Counted from the first letter of the stretch, positions 1 through 9,742 are shown. The stretch: DNA of 64,000 bases from an uncultured Candidatus Saccharibacteria bacterium (GCA_964600695.1 CAZRKK010000003.1:86914-150913), one strand, 5' to 3'. Numbers and translations are program-made. Notes: a model not told the origin generated them from the letters alone.

Positions 1-53
1 GCAGACGCCTGAAGAGCGTCGTGTCGTCAGTTCAATTCTGACCCGGGGCACCA
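1..53 (+). tRNA. tRNA-Phe (GAA), 3' portion only (window begins inside gene)
   Basis: Anticodon stem-loop agacg/CTGAAGA/cgtcg with GAA anticodon, T-arm gtcag-ttcaatt-ctgac, acceptor 3' ccggggc + A + CCA ending at 53. Confidence 0.55.
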
Positions 54-76
54 GAGAATTTTAAAATAAATATCGT

Positions 77-150
77 GCGGCTATGGTTCAATGGTAGAAC
101 TCTTCCTTGCCAAGGAAGGGATAGGGGTTCGATTCCCCTTAGCCGCTCCA
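77..150 (+). tRNA. tRNA-Gly (GCC)
   Basis: Cloverleaf read by eye: acceptor gcggcta/tagccgc, anticodon loop ttGCCaa, T-loop ttcgatt, 3' CCA encoded. Confidence 0.85.
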
Positions 151-155
151 GCATC

Positions 156-186
156 AAACTCCCCCTAAAGGGGAGTTTTTTGTTTT
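156..186 (+). terminator. Rho-independent terminator after tRNA-Gly
   Basis: Hairpin aactcccc-ctaaa-ggggagtt followed by T-run. Confidence 0.7.
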
Positions 187-204
187 CAAAATAGAGAAAA
201 AATA

Positions 205-240
205 AAAAAGCTGGAAATATTCCAGCTTGAGCTAAAACCT
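205..240 (-). terminator. Rho-independent terminator of minus-strand gene 248..757
   Basis: Hairpin aagctggaa-tatt-ccagctt; on minus strand followed by T-run. Confidence 0.6.
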
Positions 241-247
241 TGTAAGA

Positions 248-757
248 CTAGAGAATCGTTACCAGACCGGAATTAACTCTAATCATAAAGTTTTGGACAT
301 GATCGACAGACACTGTTTTTTTATCAATCTTTCTAATCTTGTCCCGATATTCTGTAAATTTACCCGTCCACACTTTAGACAAGTCAATTTGTTTCTGAGA
401 CCATCCATCAGCTATCAACAACTCGGGTTTTTCGTTTATCAGGTAGAATGTCACCCACAAATTCGAATAAGAATTCAGAGTTTTCCTTGATTCTGAGTAA
501 GCCAGCACAAGCTCTGTGAAGGATTGCCTAAAAAGTTCTGAGTCTGGGTCATAATTGGACCTAGAAATAGAAAGGTACTGGTTTTGAAGTTGAGATTTTG
601 AATCCTCATACCTCTTAAAAAACGAGGGGAGCTCTTTCACCTGATCTTTGAGCTGTTCGTGGGTCATAAAATTTCTTTTTTCTTGAGCAACCACAGAGCA
701 GGGAAAATAAGCACACCAAACCATGACAACAAAAACTAAACTGATGATCTTTTTCAT
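248..757 (-). CDS. hypothetical secreted protein (N-terminal signal peptide)
   Basis: 169-aa ORF with hydrophobic N-terminus MKKIISLVFVVMVWCAYFPCSVVAQ; terminator downstream. Confidence 0.5.
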   Translation of the reverse strand: MKKIISLVFVVMVWCAYFPCSVVAQEKRNFMTHEQLKDQVKELPSFFKRYEDSKSQLQNQYLSISRSNYDPDSELFRQSFTELVLAYSESRKTLNSYSNLWVTFYLINEKPELLIADGWSQKQIDLSKVWTGKFTEYRDKIRKIDKKTVSVDHVQNFMIRVNSGLVTIL

Positions 758-1114
758 ATTCCCTCCCTAAAAATCTAACACTTTCACTTTAACATAGCAC
801 CTAAAAAAATCAAACTCCTTTTAAATAAGCCAAAAGCTATGCCGATTCAGCCCTAAAGCAAGCCAAAAAAAAGGTCTTTTGGCTTAATTAAGGGGTAAAT
901 TGACTAAAAAGGCTTGTAATTAAGCCAGTTTTCTGGTATTATATACATGTAAGGTACTGCTATTGGCAGTCTTTTTTATAGCCCTTTTGGGCGAAACTAG
1001 TCTAAAAAAGCCGCCAAAACCGCAGTAACCCCAAAGGTCAATGCTAATTTATCAATTAAACCTCTCTTTTTAACAAAAGGATCACTGTACTAGAAGAAAC
1101 CTTTTAATGATTAG

Positions 1115-1828
1115 TTGAGGCAAGGAGTTGCCACTGAACAAATGACAGCTCGCTTATCCTTCAGTTCTGCAGTCGAGAAAGCTATCCTATTGGTTGCTTT
1201 CTTACCAGTAGTCCTCATGGTTTATCCTGAGACTGCTGCCGCAGCATTTACTGCACAGAACTCTGGTGAAAAAGCTCTAGTTTTTCAAGTCAACTCAAAA
1301 TCAAAAACAGAAATTACCGAAATAGTAACTGGTCTTTCATATGATGAATTAGTCTCAAACGACATTCTTGTACAGAAAGTAAAAGCCTATTTAGAATCCA
1401 AAGGTTCACCTCTAGCAATTTATGCAAAAGAAATTGTTGAAGAACCTCAATGGCAACGTGCCTTAGCAATTAGTTATGTAGAAAGCAACTTCGGTAAACG
1501 ATGTGCTAACAATAACTGTAGCGGTATTGGTGTTAGTCCTAAGCATGCATCTTGGCGTCGTTATCCAACGAAGCTAGAATGGTTTAAGGACATGAACGCT
1601 TTATTAGAAAAACCTACATATAAGCATAAGTATACAACTTGTGCCAAAATGAAAGGTGTCTACGTTGTTCCTGGATCTGCTAAATGGGTAAATGGTTGTA
1701 ATAAAGTAAGTGAAGAATTACTTGCTCTTACAGAGCAAGCTAAGATGGAGCAATTGGCTCTAGCTAACCAACCAGTTAATCAACCAACAGTAGTTGCTGC
1801 TACAACAGAACTCGCTATGGTTAAATAA
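1115..1828 (+). CDS. hypothetical protein with N-terminal hydrophobic segment (true start may be ATG at 1142)
   Basis: 237-aa ORF; AGGAG upstream; followed by 10-bp hairpin with GU pairs + T-run terminator at ~1853-1890. Confidence 0.5.
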   Translation: MRQGVATEQMTARLSFSSAVEKAILLVAFLPVVLMVYPETAAAAFTAQNSGEKALVFQVNSKSKTEITEIVTGLSYDELVSNDILVQKVKAYLESKGSPLAIYAKEIVEEPQWQRALAISYVESNFGKRCANNNCSGIGVSPKHASWRRYPTKLEWFKDMNALLEKPTYKHKYTTCAKMKGVYVVPGSAKWVNGCNKVSEELLALTEQAKMEQLALANQPVNQPTVVAATTELAMVK

Positions 1829-1977
1829 TTCGGTTAATAAACTAAAATTTTAAAACCCCTGTCTCGTTATAGAGGCGGGGGTTTTCCGTAAGTTAAGCAT
1901 CTTGAATAAACTGATGAGTTCAGTTAAAATTAGATAGTATTTACCGGCAACATAGCCGGCCAAATAGTTCACAGAGT

Positions 1978-2052
1978 GGCCGGGTAGCCAAGTGGTAAGG
2001 CATGGGTCTGCAAAACCTATATTCACGGGTTCGATTCCCGTTCCGGCCTCCA
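1978..2052 (+). tRNA. tRNA-Cys (GCA)
   Basis: Acceptor ggccggg/tccggcc, anticodon loop ctGCAaa, T-loop ttcgatt, CCA encoded. Confidence 0.8.
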
Positions 2053-2074
2053 ACTAAATACAAACACAATCTAT

Positions 2075-2161
2075 GCCTGGGTGGCGGAACTGGTATACGC
2101 TGGGGACTTAAAATCCCCCGCCCGCAAGGGATTGAGGGTTCAACTCCCTCCCCAGGCACCA
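2075..2161 (+). tRNA. tRNA-Leu (TAA)
   Basis: Acceptor gcctggg/cccaggc, anticodon stem gggga/tcccc with loop ctTAAaa, long variable arm, CCA encoded. Confidence 0.85.
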
Positions 2162-2164
2162 AAA

Positions 2165-2195
2165 TAAAACACCTCAATTGAGGTGTTTTATTATT
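2165..2195. terminator. bidirectional terminator (tRNA cluster on + strand, rpsA on - strand)
   Basis: Hairpin aaaacacctcaattgaggtgtttt flanked by A/T runs on both sides. Confidence 0.7.
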
Positions 2196-2222
2196 GCTAA
2201 ATTTTGATTTAGTAAGAAAAGC

Positions 2223-3518
2223 TTATTCGGCTTTTTCTTCGGTTGTAGTTCCTTCGACAACTGCTTCAGCAGCAACTTCTTCAGTCTTTGCTTCTTCTGC
2301 AGGAGCTTCAGTTTTCTCTTCAGCTTTTTCTGCTTTAGCTGGGGCTTCTGTAAGTTGTTTAATAGAAAGACCTAAACGGTGTTCTGCAGGTTCGATAGAA
2401 ATAACCTTGAATTCGCGTTCTTCACCTTCTTTTACAATAGTAGTAGCATCTTTAACTTCGTCGTGAGAGAGTTCAATTAAATGAGCTAAACCTTGGATAT
2501 CGGTATCAAGTTCTACGAATACACCAAATGGCATGATCTTAGAAACTTTACCTTTTACAATTTGACCTAATTGATACTTCTTAACAGATTCCTGCCAAGG
2601 GTCAGTTTGCAATTGCTTGATAGACAAAGACACACGGCCTTTTTCGATTGCAATAACTTTAGCTTGAACAGTATCACCAACTTTAAAGAGATCTTTTGGA
2701 TTCTCAATTCTCTGCCATGCAAGTTCGGAAATATGAACCAAACCTTCAAGGTCATCAAATTTAACGAAGACACCGAAGTCTACAATACCAGTGATTTGTC
2801 CTTTAACAATATCGCCGATTTTAAGAACAGATAAGTTCTTTTGTAACTCTTCTTCGAACACAGCTTTTTCGGAAACGATCAACTTTTCTTCTTCTGGGTC
2901 TGCAGTAATAACTTGAACATTAAAGTATTGGCCGATATAGCTATTAAGAATTCCCAAGATACGATTCTTGTCACCTTCTTCTACACGAGGATAATGTTCG
3001 ATTGATAATTGAGATACTGGCAAGAAACCAGTCACGTTATTAATTTCGATCATCAAACCACCTTTGTTAGCAGCTAAGATCTTGGTAGCAACAACGTCGC
3101 GAGTTTCCATAAGATCTTGAAGCTTTTGCCAAACACGTTCGTGTCCAGCTTGGCGAAGAGATAATTCAACATTACCATCTTTGTTTTCTGTTTCTACAAC
3201 AGCAGCTTCGATAGTATCACCAGGTTTAAGAGAGTTAAGAGTGGCTTGATCATCATAAAGTTCACGACCACGTACCACACCAACACCATAACCGGTAAGG
3301 TCTAAGTAAACTTCATTCTTTGTTACAGAAATGATTTTACCTTCGATCATATCACCAGGTTTTAACACACGGATTTCTGCACCACTAGTGATAAGGTCAG
3401 TCATGGTTTGAGCAGAGCTGTCGCCAGTGACATTACTTGGAACTACCTGCACAGCAGGAGTAGCTGGAGCTTGAGTGTTGTTTCCACCAACACCATTGTC
3501 TACAATTTCTTCTGACAT
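2223..3518 (-). CDS. rpsA: 30S ribosomal protein S1 (multi-S1-domain)
   Basis: 431 aa with repeated S1 OB-fold segments (GxxVxGxV...G.VHISE..), acidic C-terminal tail; no Shine-Dalgarno upstream, as is typical of rpsA. Confidence 0.85.
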   Translation of the reverse strand: MSEEIVDNGVGGNNTQAPATPAVQVVPSNVTGDSSAQTMTDLITSGAEIRVLKPGDMIEGKIISVTKNEVYLDLTGYGVGVVRGRELYDDQATLNSLKPGDTIEAAVVETENKDGNVELSLRQAGHERVWQKLQDLMETRDVVATKILAANKGGLMIEINNVTGFLPVSQLSIEHYPRVEEGDKNRILGILNSYIGQYFNVQVITADPEEEKLIVSEKAVFEEELQKNLSVLKIGDIVKGQITGIVDFGVFVKFDDLEGLVHISELAWQRIENPKDLFKVGDTVQAKVIAIEKGRVSLSIKQLQTDPWQESVKKYQLGQIVKGKVSKIMPFGVFVELDTDIQGLAHLIELSHDEVKDATTIVKEGEEREFKVISIEPAEHRLGLSIKQLTEAPAKAEKAEEKTEAPAEEAKTEEVAAEAVVEGTTTEEKAE

Positions 3519-3788
3519 TTTTTAAACTTTCTAAATATATGCAAAATAAAAACAATGTCTAGACGTTGAATAAAATCTAAAAACTATTCTTCATATATTA
3601 ATTATTAAACACGCCCATTACTTAGACCTACCGGGGGTTAAGATTTAGATTGGCTACCGCCAGCTTGGCGATTGACCTAGGCGCGTACGCCGGTAAGTAG
3701 GGGAATTATAGCTATTTATGAAGATTTTGTAAAGCGTGAGTATGACAAAAAAATAGCCACATTAGTGACTATTATAAATTTATTTCCT
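3519..3788 (-). promoter_or_regulatory. rpsA 5' leader containing a GC-rich structured island (3611-3705)
   Basis: GC-rich hairpins (cgcca-gct-tggcg; ggcg-cgta-cgcc) in an otherwise AT-rich spacer; no SD before the rpsA ATG. Confidence 0.35.
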
Positions 3789-4499
3789 TTAGGTCATCCA
3801 AACTACGGCAATTAAAACCAGAATCAAAATTGAATTGTACATCGTGTGATAAGCTGTGCAATTTAACAATGCTTCCTCATTTGAATCTTCTGGTCCCAAA
3901 CCCTGGTCTGTCGCCTTTATATAAGCATTTATATACTTTAAGGCGTAAAAAAGACCTACAACAGATAACAGTAACCCTATAGAGATAGGGACACCTACTA
4001 ACAAATGGATAAATCCAAATTTTAAAGATTGTATTATTACATAAAGCCAATCTCTAGAACTAGAATAGGATCGGAATGCAACCTCTTCGTAATGAGCCAT
4101 AAATGGCAATCCAAACAGCAGAGCTACCAAAAAGATTGTTCCTATTGCTGTAAACACAACCTCACCATCCTTGACTGAATCTATTACAGGACTAAGCAAA
4201 ATGTTTCCGCCACCTGAATATATCAGATTTGACCAACCCCAACTCAATATGGGGATATAGGAATTCAGCAACAGAAACCCAACCACCACAAACACCAACA
4301 TACCGAAGCATTCAAAAAACATCATAAGCCGGAAACGTTTCCATATCTTTATGATAAAACCGAGATTGTCCCAATTCTTATAAAGCTCAAAAACTATGGT
4401 AGCGACTGCTAAAAGTGCAAGTAAGACCTTAACAATTGTCATATAATTCCCCCTATATAATTTAAGCATCATTATAGGATAATATATGATTTTTGTCAA
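3789..4499 (-). CDS. CPBP-family intramembrane metalloprotease (CAAX protease / Abi-like)
   Basis: Polytopic membrane protein with motifs EEVAFR (EExxxR), FGFIH (FxxxH) and HTMYN (HxxxN). Confidence 0.6.
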   Translation of the reverse strand: MTKIIYYPIMMLKLYRGNYMTIVKVLLALLAVATIVFELYKNWDNLGFIIKIWKRFRLMMFFECFGMLVFVVVGFLLLNSYIPILSWGWSNLIYSGGGNILLSPVIDSVKDGEVVFTAIGTIFLVALLFGLPFMAHYEEVAFRSYSSSRDWLYVIIQSLKFGFIHLLVGVPISIGLLLSVVGLFYALKYINAYIKATDQGLGPEDSNEEALLNCTAYHTMYNSILILVLIAVVWMT

Positions 4500-4554
4500 T
4501 ATTTATAAGGGTAATTTGCTGGAAAGTAAAACTAAAAACTGCTATAATTTAAGC

Positions 4555-5184
4555 ATGCAAATTCAATATTTTGGTCTTTCTAGCTTCAAAATCACAACAA
4601 AAGAAGCAACTATAATAACCGATCCATTCGACAAGGAATCTGGCTTAACCCCACCTCGAGGAGCAGCAGATATTCTAGTTCTAGCAGAGAAAAACAACAA
4701 ACTTTATAACGCAACCTCAGGAATCTCGGGGGAGCCTTTTTTAATTACTGACCCTGGCGAATACGACCTCAAAGGAGTTACTGTGACAGGTATCCCACTG
4801 GAACAAGATCCGAAACGCTTTGTAACAATCTATTTAATCGAAAGTGAAGATATTTCTATTCTAAACTTAACTCACATCAGAGAATGGAACATTAAAGAAA
4901 GTGATCTCGAAGACTTAGGTCAAATTGATATTCTAATCTTACCTGTCGGTAGCAACAGCGTTCTAACTCCAAAACTAGCTTCACAAATTGTTCACGACAT
5001 CGAACCAAAAATTGTTATCCCTTCACATTACGAAACTTCCGGTCTAAAGTTGCCTAACGAAAAAGTTGATGTGTTCCTAAAACAATTCGGAGCTAAACCA
5101 GAAGTCATCGAAAAATTCACTGTTAAGAAAAAAGAATTGATAGAAGAAAAAACTCAAGTTGTTTTACTAGAAGCGCTTCGTTAA
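4555..5184 (+). CDS. MBL-fold metallo-hydrolase-like protein
   Basis: Start trimmed to MQIQYFG to avoid overlap with the divergent gene; resembles UPF0173/UlaG-like beta-lactamase-fold hydrolases (weak, by eye). Confidence 0.45.
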   Translation: MQIQYFGLSSFKITTKEATIITDPFDKESGLTPPRGAADILVLAEKNNKLYNATSGISGEPFLITDPGEYDLKGVTVTGIPLEQDPKRFVTIYLIESEDISILNLTHIREWNIKESDLEDLGQIDILILPVGSNSVLTPKLASQIVHDIEPKIVIPSHYETSGLKLPNEKVDVFLKQFGAKPEVIEKFTVKKKELIEEKTQVVLLEALR

Positions 5185-5226
5185 AAAGAAATCACAAAAC
5201 ACGAATTAAAATCCCAAAATATATTT

Positions 5227-5448
5227 ATGTCTAAATTAATCGAAAACATCCGCCAAAAACCAGACCATCATAAAAATAGAATTGTCTGGACAATCATTGG
5301 TATCACTGCAGGACTACTCTTAATCATTTGGGCAATAATTGGCATCCCACAAAGAGAAGGTAAGTCTACGGATGTAATTGATGAGTTTAGTAACAACCTC
5401 GACGAAAGCAAAGATACTCTTCCTAAATTATTTGATAATACTAAATAA
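5227..5448 (+). CDS. small membrane protein, hypothetical
   Basis: 73 aa with one TM helix (VWTIIGITAGLLLIIWAIIGI); ends 6 nt before gyrA. Confidence 0.4.
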   Translation: MSKLIENIRQKPDHHKNRIVWTIIGITAGLLLIIWAIIGIPQREGKSTDVIDEFSNNLDESKDTLPKLFDNTK

Positions 5449-5454
5449 GAAGTT

Positions 5455-7956
5455 ATGGCAAAAAGCAACAACCCTCAAGCACCAACAGCTGGTGGAGAAC
5501 CAACAACTCGAACCGATAACAATCTTGGTTTAATCAAACAACGATTCCTAGAACAAGAAATGCAGGAATCGTATTTGGATTATGCCATGAGTGTAATTGT
5601 CGCTCGTGCACTTCCTGATGTTCGTGATGGACTAAAACCAGTTCACCGCCGTATTCTTTATGCCATGCATTCCATGGGTTTGCGTTCTGGTGGTAAGACA
5701 ACTAAGTCGGCTAAAGTAGTTGGTGAAGTTTTAGGTAAATACCACCCTCATAGTGATACTGCAGTTTACGACACTATGGTTAACTTAGCTCAAACCTTTA
5801 GCATGCGCTATCCATTGGTGATTGGGCAGGGAAACTTTGGTTCTATGGATGGAGATAACGCTGCTGCTATGCGTTATACCGAAGCCAAAATGAGCCCATT
5901 TGCAGAGGCTATTTTAGAAGATATCGAAAAAGACACAGTTGATTTTCGTCCTAACTACGACGCTACAGAAAAAGAACCAGTTGTTCTTCCTGGAAAATTA
6001 CCAAACCTATTATTAAATGGGACTCTTGGTATTGCGGTTGGTATGGCTACTGATATTCCACCTCACAACTTAACAGAAGTTGCCGATGCTATTGTGGCGG
6101 TCATTGATAATTCAGAAGTCACTATTGATGAACTTACAGACATTGTGAAGGGTCCAGATTTTCCTACCGGTGGAATTATTTACGATCGTAAATCTATCAA
6201 AGAAGCTTATACTACAGGTAAAGGTGGAATTGTAGCACGTGGTAAAACCGAAATCGAAGAAATGAATAATGGTGCGATGCGAATTTTAATTACCGAAATT
6301 CCATACCGTGTTAACAAAGCAACTATGTTAGAAAAAATTGCTTTGTTAGTTCAAGAAAAAAAGATGGAAGGCATTAAAGATGTTCGCGACGAAAGCGACA
6401 AAGATGGTGTACGTGTTGTTATCGAACTTAAAAAAGGTGCTCTTGCCAACAAAATTCTTAACCAACTATTTAAGTTCACACAACTTCAAGATACTTTCCA
6501 CATGAACACTTTGGCTTTAGTCGATGGACTAGAACCTCACGTCTTGAACTTAAAAACTATTTTAGAAAAATATATTGAGCATCGCCAAGTTGTGGTTCGC
6601 CGTCGTACAGCATATGAACTTCGCAAAGCCGAAGAACGTGCTCACATCTTAGAAGGATTAAAAACTGCTTTAGATAATATTGATGCGGTAATCAAAACTA
6701 TTCGAGCCAGCAAAGATCGTGCCGAAGCTCATGTAGCGTTGATGAAGAAGTTCAAACTTACTGATATCCAAACCAATGCGATCTTGGATATGCGTTTACA
6801 AACCTTGGCAGGCCTAGAAAGAAAGAAGATTGAAGATGAATTAGCCGAGAAACTAAAATTAATTGCCGAGCTAAAAGGAATCTTGCAATCAGAAAAAAAG
6901 ATCTTAGCAATTATAAAAGCCGAAGTCATCGAAATGAAAGACAAATTTGGTGACGAACGCCGTACTCAAATTGTTGCTCAAGGAATAGGGGACTTTAGTG
7001 CCGAAGATTTGATCCCAGAAGACAATGTAATTATCTCTACTACTAAATCTGGATATATCAAACGCCAATCCCCAGACACTTACCGTCAACAGAGTCGCGG
7101 TGGCAAAGGTGTAATTGGCCAAGCCTTAAAGGAAGAAGATGTAGTAGATTCTGTATTATCTGCTTCTACTCATGATGATATCTTATTCTTTACCAACAAA
7201 GGCCGGTTATTAGTAACCAAGGCTTATGAGCTTCCAGAAAGCTCCAGAACCAGCAAAGGCCAAGCCTTAGTTAACTTCCTACAACTTGCTCCAGAAGAAT
7301 TTGCTACTGCGGTATTGGCTGTTTCTAAAAAGAGTGATGGTCAATTCCTAGTTATGGCCACTCGTAATGGAACTATCAAAAAAGTTAGTCGTGATGAATT
7401 TAGCAAAGTTCGCAAGTCCGGAATTATTGCTATCAACTTAAAAGGCGATGATGAGCTCCGTTGGGTTAAGACCAGCACCGGTAAAGACGAAATTATGCTT
7501 TCTACCGAAGATGGTCAAGCCATTCGCTTTAATGAGACCGATGTTCGTGCCATGGGCCGCTTAGCAAGTGGTGTAACTGGAATTCGGTTACGTAAAGGTG
7601 ACCACGTTATCTCTATGGATATTGTTAACAAAGAGATGGAAGGTCAAGGCCGTGAAGTTCTAGTTATCACCGAACACGGACTAGGAAAGAAAACTCCGAT
7701 CAAAGATTATAAAGTTCAAAAGCGTTCTGGTAGTGGAATCAAGACAGTAAAGATTAGTGAAAAAACTGGAAAGATTGTCTCGATGTGCATCCTTGATGCA
7801 AGTGATGAAGAAAAAGATTTATTGTTAATTTCTAAACAAGGTCAAACCATTCGCACACCGTTAAAAACAATTTCTACTCTAGGTCGTGCTACACAAGGTG
7901 TAAGAGTAATGAAGTTAAGCGGAGACGACACAGTAGCCAGTGTGGCCGTTGTATAA
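5455..7956 (+). CDS. gyrA: DNA gyrase subunit A
   Basis: 833 aa; N-terminal region DGLKPVHRRILYAM (active-site Tyr region), C-terminal beta-pinwheel repeats. Confidence 0.95.
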   Translation: MAKSNNPQAPTAGGEPTTRTDNNLGLIKQRFLEQEMQESYLDYAMSVIVARALPDVRDGLKPVHRRILYAMHSMGLRSGGKTTKSAKVVGEVLGKYHPHSDTAVYDTMVNLAQTFSMRYPLVIGQGNFGSMDGDNAAAMRYTEAKMSPFAEAILEDIEKDTVDFRPNYDATEKEPVVLPGKLPNLLLNGTLGIAVGMATDIPPHNLTEVADAIVAVIDNSEVTIDELTDIVKGPDFPTGGIIYDRKSIKEAYTTGKGGIVARGKTEIEEMNNGAMRILITEIPYRVNKATMLEKIALLVQEKKMEGIKDVRDESDKDGVRVVIELKKGALANKILNQLFKFTQLQDTFHMNTLALVDGLEPHVLNLKTILEKYIEHRQVVVRRRTAYELRKAEERAHILEGLKTALDNIDAVIKTIRASKDRAEAHVALMKKFKLTDIQTNAILDMRLQTLAGLERKKIEDELAEKLKLIAELKGILQSEKKILAIIKAEVIEMKDKFGDERRTQIVAQGIGDFSAEDLIPEDNVIISTTKSGYIKRQSPDTYRQQSRGGKGVIGQALKEEDVVDSVLSASTHDDILFFTNKGRLLVTKAYELPESSRTSKGQALVNFLQLAPEEFATAVLAVSKKSDGQFLVMATRNGTIKKVSRDEFSKVRKSGIIAINLKGDDELRWVKTSTGKDEIMLSTEDGQAIRFNETDVRAMGRLASGVTGIRLRKGDHVISMDIVNKEMEGQGREVLVITEHGLGKKTPIKDYKVQKRSGSGIKTVKISEKTGKIVSMCILDASDEEKDLLLISKQGQTIRTPLKTISTLGRATQGVRVMKLSGDDTVASVAVV

Positions 7957-8001
7957 AATAAAAAACTACTTAAGTTTATAACTTAGGTAGTTTTATTTTA
8001 T

Positions 8002-8223
8002 CTACATTATGGTTTGCTGTAATTCCTTCTGTTCGATTCTTGCAAGCTCTCTAAGCTCCCAATCATGGCAATTTCTCATAATAGAATTGCCAGTACCAAA
8101 GAGGCAACTTCGAAAATCTCTGTTATCGAGTTGGTCCCAGCCTTCGGGTGGTGGGTCACTTTCATCTAATGATTTTGTAGGATCAATTCTTTGATCAAAG
8201 GGAAAACTTGTTCCGTAACTCAT
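8002..8223 (-). CDS. small hypothetical protein (73 aa) with its own promoter
   Basis: Strong RBS AGGAGG 6 nt upstream; near-consensus promoter TTGACG-N17-TATAAT on minus strand at ~8240-8285. Confidence 0.5.
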   Translation of the reverse strand: MSYGTSFPFDQRIDPTKSLDESDPPPEGWDQLDNRDFRSCLFGTGNSIMRNCHDWELRELARIEQKELQQTIM

Positions 8224-8336
8224 AGCATTTATTCCTCCTATTTTTCACTCTGCCAATTATATATAACATTTATTTATGCGTCAATAATCCTAATAAAAGA
8301 ACCGCGTTGCTCAATAAACGAGCGACGCGGTTTTGT

Positions 8337-9614
8337 TTACCAAATTTCCTGAGTAATAAAGTCAAGTGCCTTATCCCTAAGCTTATCGGCCACAGACCTG
8401 TCGAGATTTATATGAACCCTGTAATTACGAGGCTTGGTAACAGCCTCTCGATCATCAGGGAATTGCTGCACCAGTAGTTCTTCCACGGTAGAAACACCGT
8501 CGTAGCCGAACACAGGCACATTAATAGCCCTCTCCATGCCATCAATGCCGACATAAACAGTTACTTGATTAATATCAATATCGTAACGAGTAGCAAATCT
8601 ATCTGCCAGTTCCATTCTCATCATGGAATCATTGGCGATTTGCTTCATCCTTTCGCTAGGCTCTGTGGTTACTCCTTCAATCACTTGCTTAAACCAGTTC
8701 ATCCGAAGGATTTTATCCATCATCACAGGACTGTCTTCTGTCAGCAACTTGATCATACTAGTATCTGAACCAAGATAGTCTTCCATCTTGATACATCCTT
8801 TTTGATGAGCCTGCCATAAAGCAGAGAAGAGCATGGTACCAACAATAATGTGCTGACCTTCGGAGATATCTCTGTAAACCAACCGACGGGTTTTCTTCCA
8901 GTCGAGCAAAGTCTCGGGAACCAAATCCTTGAATTTACCTACGTCCATGTTGTAGTTCTTCTTAATCACAGCTTGGATATCATGTTTTTGTATACCCCAA
9001 CATTCAAGTTCTTCGCTCCATTTAAAGTTAATAGCTACAATCGAAGGGCAGCCAAGCTTGCCTTTTAAATTACCACACATCGCATAGCGGTAGACGTTAT
9101 CGAGATTGTCGACATCAAGATCACCATGAATCAATTTTGAATATGGTTCGAGATTACCAGAAATCATTGCTACCAACTTTTCTGGATCGACACCCATATT
9201 ATTGAGTGCTTCTTTAGCAGACTTACCGATCTCGCTATCAAGCAATACCTGTAAAAATGTTTCGCCATTGTAACCGATATCAACTTTCATGAGTCGTTCG
9301 GTAAGATGAGCAAAAGGTCCATTACCCCAATCATGCATCATCGCTGCAGCTCTGTAATAATTACCCATCTCTGTTTTGAAGAGTTCTTGATTGTTGGTTC
9401 GGACATAAACATCAGTTAGCAAGTAAGAACCGATGTTGTGATGAAAACGGCTTGGTAAAGCGCCATTCATTCGAAACGAATTTGGCACTGTACCCATGGT
9501 AATGTCGCGAGCTCTGACAGCCAAATCCGAACTTATTAAATCTTGGAAGTTGCTATCAAGACTAATAAAATTTAAATGCAACGGATCCTGATATTCAACA
9601 AGTTTTTCGTTCAT
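8337..9614 (-). CDS. HD-domain dNTP triphosphohydrolase-like protein (dGTPase/SAMHD1 family)
   Basis: Motifs RFHHNIGSY, AMMHDWGNGPFAH and DVDNLDNVYRYA match the dGTPase HD signature; start set at MNEKL, which has AGGAGG 6 nt upstream. Confidence 0.7.
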   Translation of the reverse strand: MNEKLVEYQDPLHLNFISLDSNFQDLISSDLAVRARDITMGTVPNSFRMNGALPSRFHHNIGSYLLTDVYVRTNNQELFKTEMGNYYRAAAMMHDWGNGPFAHLTERLMKVDIGYNGETFLQVLLDSEIGKSAKEALNNMGVDPEKLVAMISGNLEPYSKLIHGDLDVDNLDNVYRYAMCGNLKGKLGCPSIVAINFKWSEELECWGIQKHDIQAVIKKNYNMDVGKFKDLVPETLLDWKKTRRLVYRDISEGQHIIVGTMLFSALWQAHQKGCIKMEDYLGSDTSMIKLLTEDSPVMMDKILRMNWFKQVIEGVTTEPSERMKQIANDSMMRMELADRFATRYDIDINQVTVYVGIDGMERAINVPVFGYDGVSTVEELLVQQFPDDREAVTKPRNYRVHINLDRSVADKLRDKALDFITQEIW

Positions 9615-9742
9615 ATTTCCTCCTGCGAATTTACTCATTAAGTTATCATTATTTGTTGATTTGGTCAACCCACAGACTTATAATAAAAAACCACATTGCT
9701 GTGGTTTGAATTAATAGTAACGAGGCAAACTCCTCTTTATAG

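Noticed and set aside
1850-2177. Minus-strand ORFs 1850..2053 and 1941..2177
   Set aside because: They lie entirely antisense to the tRNA-Cys and tRNA-Leu genes and their terminator, so they are spurious.
2194-2466. Plus-strand Ala/Ser-rich ORF antisense to rpsA
   Set aside because: It has low-complexity composition and lies fully inside a well-supported S1 gene.
3611-3705. Possible SRP (4.5S) RNA in the GC-rich island
   Set aside because: It lacks the conserved GGAA...AGCAGCC apical motif on either strand. It was kept only as a possible rpsA leader structure.
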